The notes below the pieces were generated by a model. That model made no database searches, had not been told where the DNA came from, and saw only the letters and a list, made by a program, of their open reading frames with translations. A DNA stretch of 64,000 nt, taken from NCBI RefSeq assembly GCF_006345805.1, contig NC_042998.1, positions 141,484,001 through 141,548,000 on the forward strand. The letters run 5' to 3'. Source of the DNA: Octopus sinensis (Eukaryota). The position numbers and the translations under genes were made by a program. Of the stretch, positions 62,069 through 64,000 are shown piece after piece (the stretch's first letter is position 1; every line of letters starts with the position of its first letter).

Positions 62069-63838
62069 TATATATAATATATATATATATATATTATACA
62101 CACACACACACACACACACACACCAGTTGAATAAATACAATAGAACAGCATTCCAAAGATATCAAGTGGAATAAGTACAAGTTTTCATTGTATATGTCAA
62201 CTACTAATGCAAAGGGTTCATAATTATTAAGAACAAATTAATTAGAAGGGATGAGAATGCCTTATCACAAAACTGACTGACATAGCTTTCAGTAGCACCT
62301 CAAATTCTGTTTGGGAGTCCAAAATCCCAGATTTTTATAACACACAATGGAATTTCTAGAATGTTTGACCAGGCTATATCACAGGAAGATTCCAGCTCAC
62401 TGGGTTACACACCAGCTGATCTGATTGGCTGTGCCATTTTCAAGTAGGTGTTAAGCCTTTTATACTGACACATTTACTTTCTCATAACTAGCCTAGCCTT
62501 TTTAATGGCAGAACATTAGATTGTGGTTCTGAACTGGAGAACCTGGGTGTGAGGATTCAAAACTCAGCAGCAGCATCCTCACTACAAAACTTTAAAAATG
62601 TTAAACATGAATTTATAGCTACGTAATAAGACTATCATTCTTGATGGGGCTTCTGTACCAAGTTTATTATGCCTTTAGCATTTAAACTGGCTATATCTGG
62701 CCAAAATACTCTACCTGCTTTATGTTCAAACTGGATAGATGTAGCCTCTCCCACCAAACCCAAAAATATCATTCTAAAAATTAACAGTTACCTCATAAAA
62801 ATCTCATAGCTACAAGAGAATGCATGGTTAATTCAAAACAATGTGACTAAATAAGCATTACTTTTGACAGAATAATGTGAATACTAAATGGTTTTAAACT
62901 AGTTTTCTTTCAAGCTGGTCACTTTGAACACATCATGCATTGTATTCATTGGTCAACTGTGAACAATAGAAATTGTTTATAGAAAATAAGAACATACAGA
63001 CATACACATACTGTGTAATATGGATGGTACAGATAGGCAAGGCTAATGATGAAAAATTTTCCTCATAGCATACTTGAAGCTAGCATTTTGTTTTAACCGA
63101 AATATGTTGTTAACCCTTTTCTTACCATATTTCTGTTGATATACACTGCTTTGGTTTCAATCAATTTTTAAAATAATGAGGAATTTAGTGAAATAACTTT
63201 ATCATTATTAAGCTGGAGTATGGAACAAATTTGCATAAACTTTTGATGGAAGATTTTAATTTAGGTCACTTTAAAACAGGAAGTTTGTATTGTAGAACTA
63301 GGAGCCAGTCTCAGGTGGGTTGGAAACGAAAGGGTTAGACATTAAAGAATCTCAGATGTGAAGAAGAGATGAAGGAAGTTGATTTCTGAGAGAGAGAGAG
63401 AGGCAGGGAGAGGAATATTTTTAATTACAGATGTAATTTGCTTAAGTTAATTACAAAGTCGGACAGGTTCTTTACTTGATTATTGTCATACTATAAAGCT
63501 ACTCCCATAAACACAGACACACACGATCATGTGTGCATGTGCATGCCATATAAAGTTATAGAACTGAGATGTGGCATTTACTGTAAGATGTTGTCCTGAA
63601 AGTAAGATGTGAAGAGACAATTTCCCCAAAAAAGATGATATAATTCACTTACTTTTTTATATTGAGTATCAGATGAGTCAGAATCTCCAAATATGTAATC
63701 CGTTGCCATGAGGGGAAGTGAAAGAGAGATTGATAGATAGATAGATATAGAGATAGAGTGAGGGAGAGAAAGAGGAAGTGATGAAACAAAATGTTTATGT
63801 TGTGTGTGTTTGTTTATATGTGTGTGTGTGTATGTGTT

Positions 63839-63869
<31 letters not shown>

Positions 63870-64000
63870 TTATTCTGTTAATATATGAGTATATGAACAC
63901 TGTGGTGGATAATCAGTGAAGTTTCCTGCAAAATAAAAGAAAAGAAGAGGAATCATTAATACAGAGAAAGATAGAAAAGCAAAAAAAAAAAAAAAAGAGT

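Overview
AT-rich, microsatellite-dense animal DNA, most likely from an octopus or other coleoid cephalopod (inferred from the SINE families and repeat landscape, not from a database match). It looks intronic or intergenic: I recognise no intact host protein-coding gene, rRNA, true tRNA gene or CRISPR array, and nearly all ORFs in the supplied track come from microsatellites or repeats. The window is a layered transposon graveyard. It holds at least four SINE-like families in many copies, TTAA-flanked piggyBac-type and hAT-type MITEs, and foldback elements. It also holds decayed coding remnants of a Penelope-like element (17-18 kb), a mariner (25.5 kb), an L1/Tx1 LINE (45.5-46.4 kb), an R4/Dong LINE (46.9-48.3 kb) and a Tc1 transposon (57.2-58.0 kb). 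The most interesting signals are (i) a ~0.5 kb inverted repeat with only 2 differences between arms, built from old SINE pieces (3.4-5.4 kb); (ii) several hammerhead-ribozyme-like motifs of the Penelope type; (iii) tandem duplications bounded by (TA)n; and (iv) nested insertions whose order can be read from target-site duplications. I did not find a demonstrably new biological system; the candidates below need the stated checks. Boundaries of decayed repeats are approximate.
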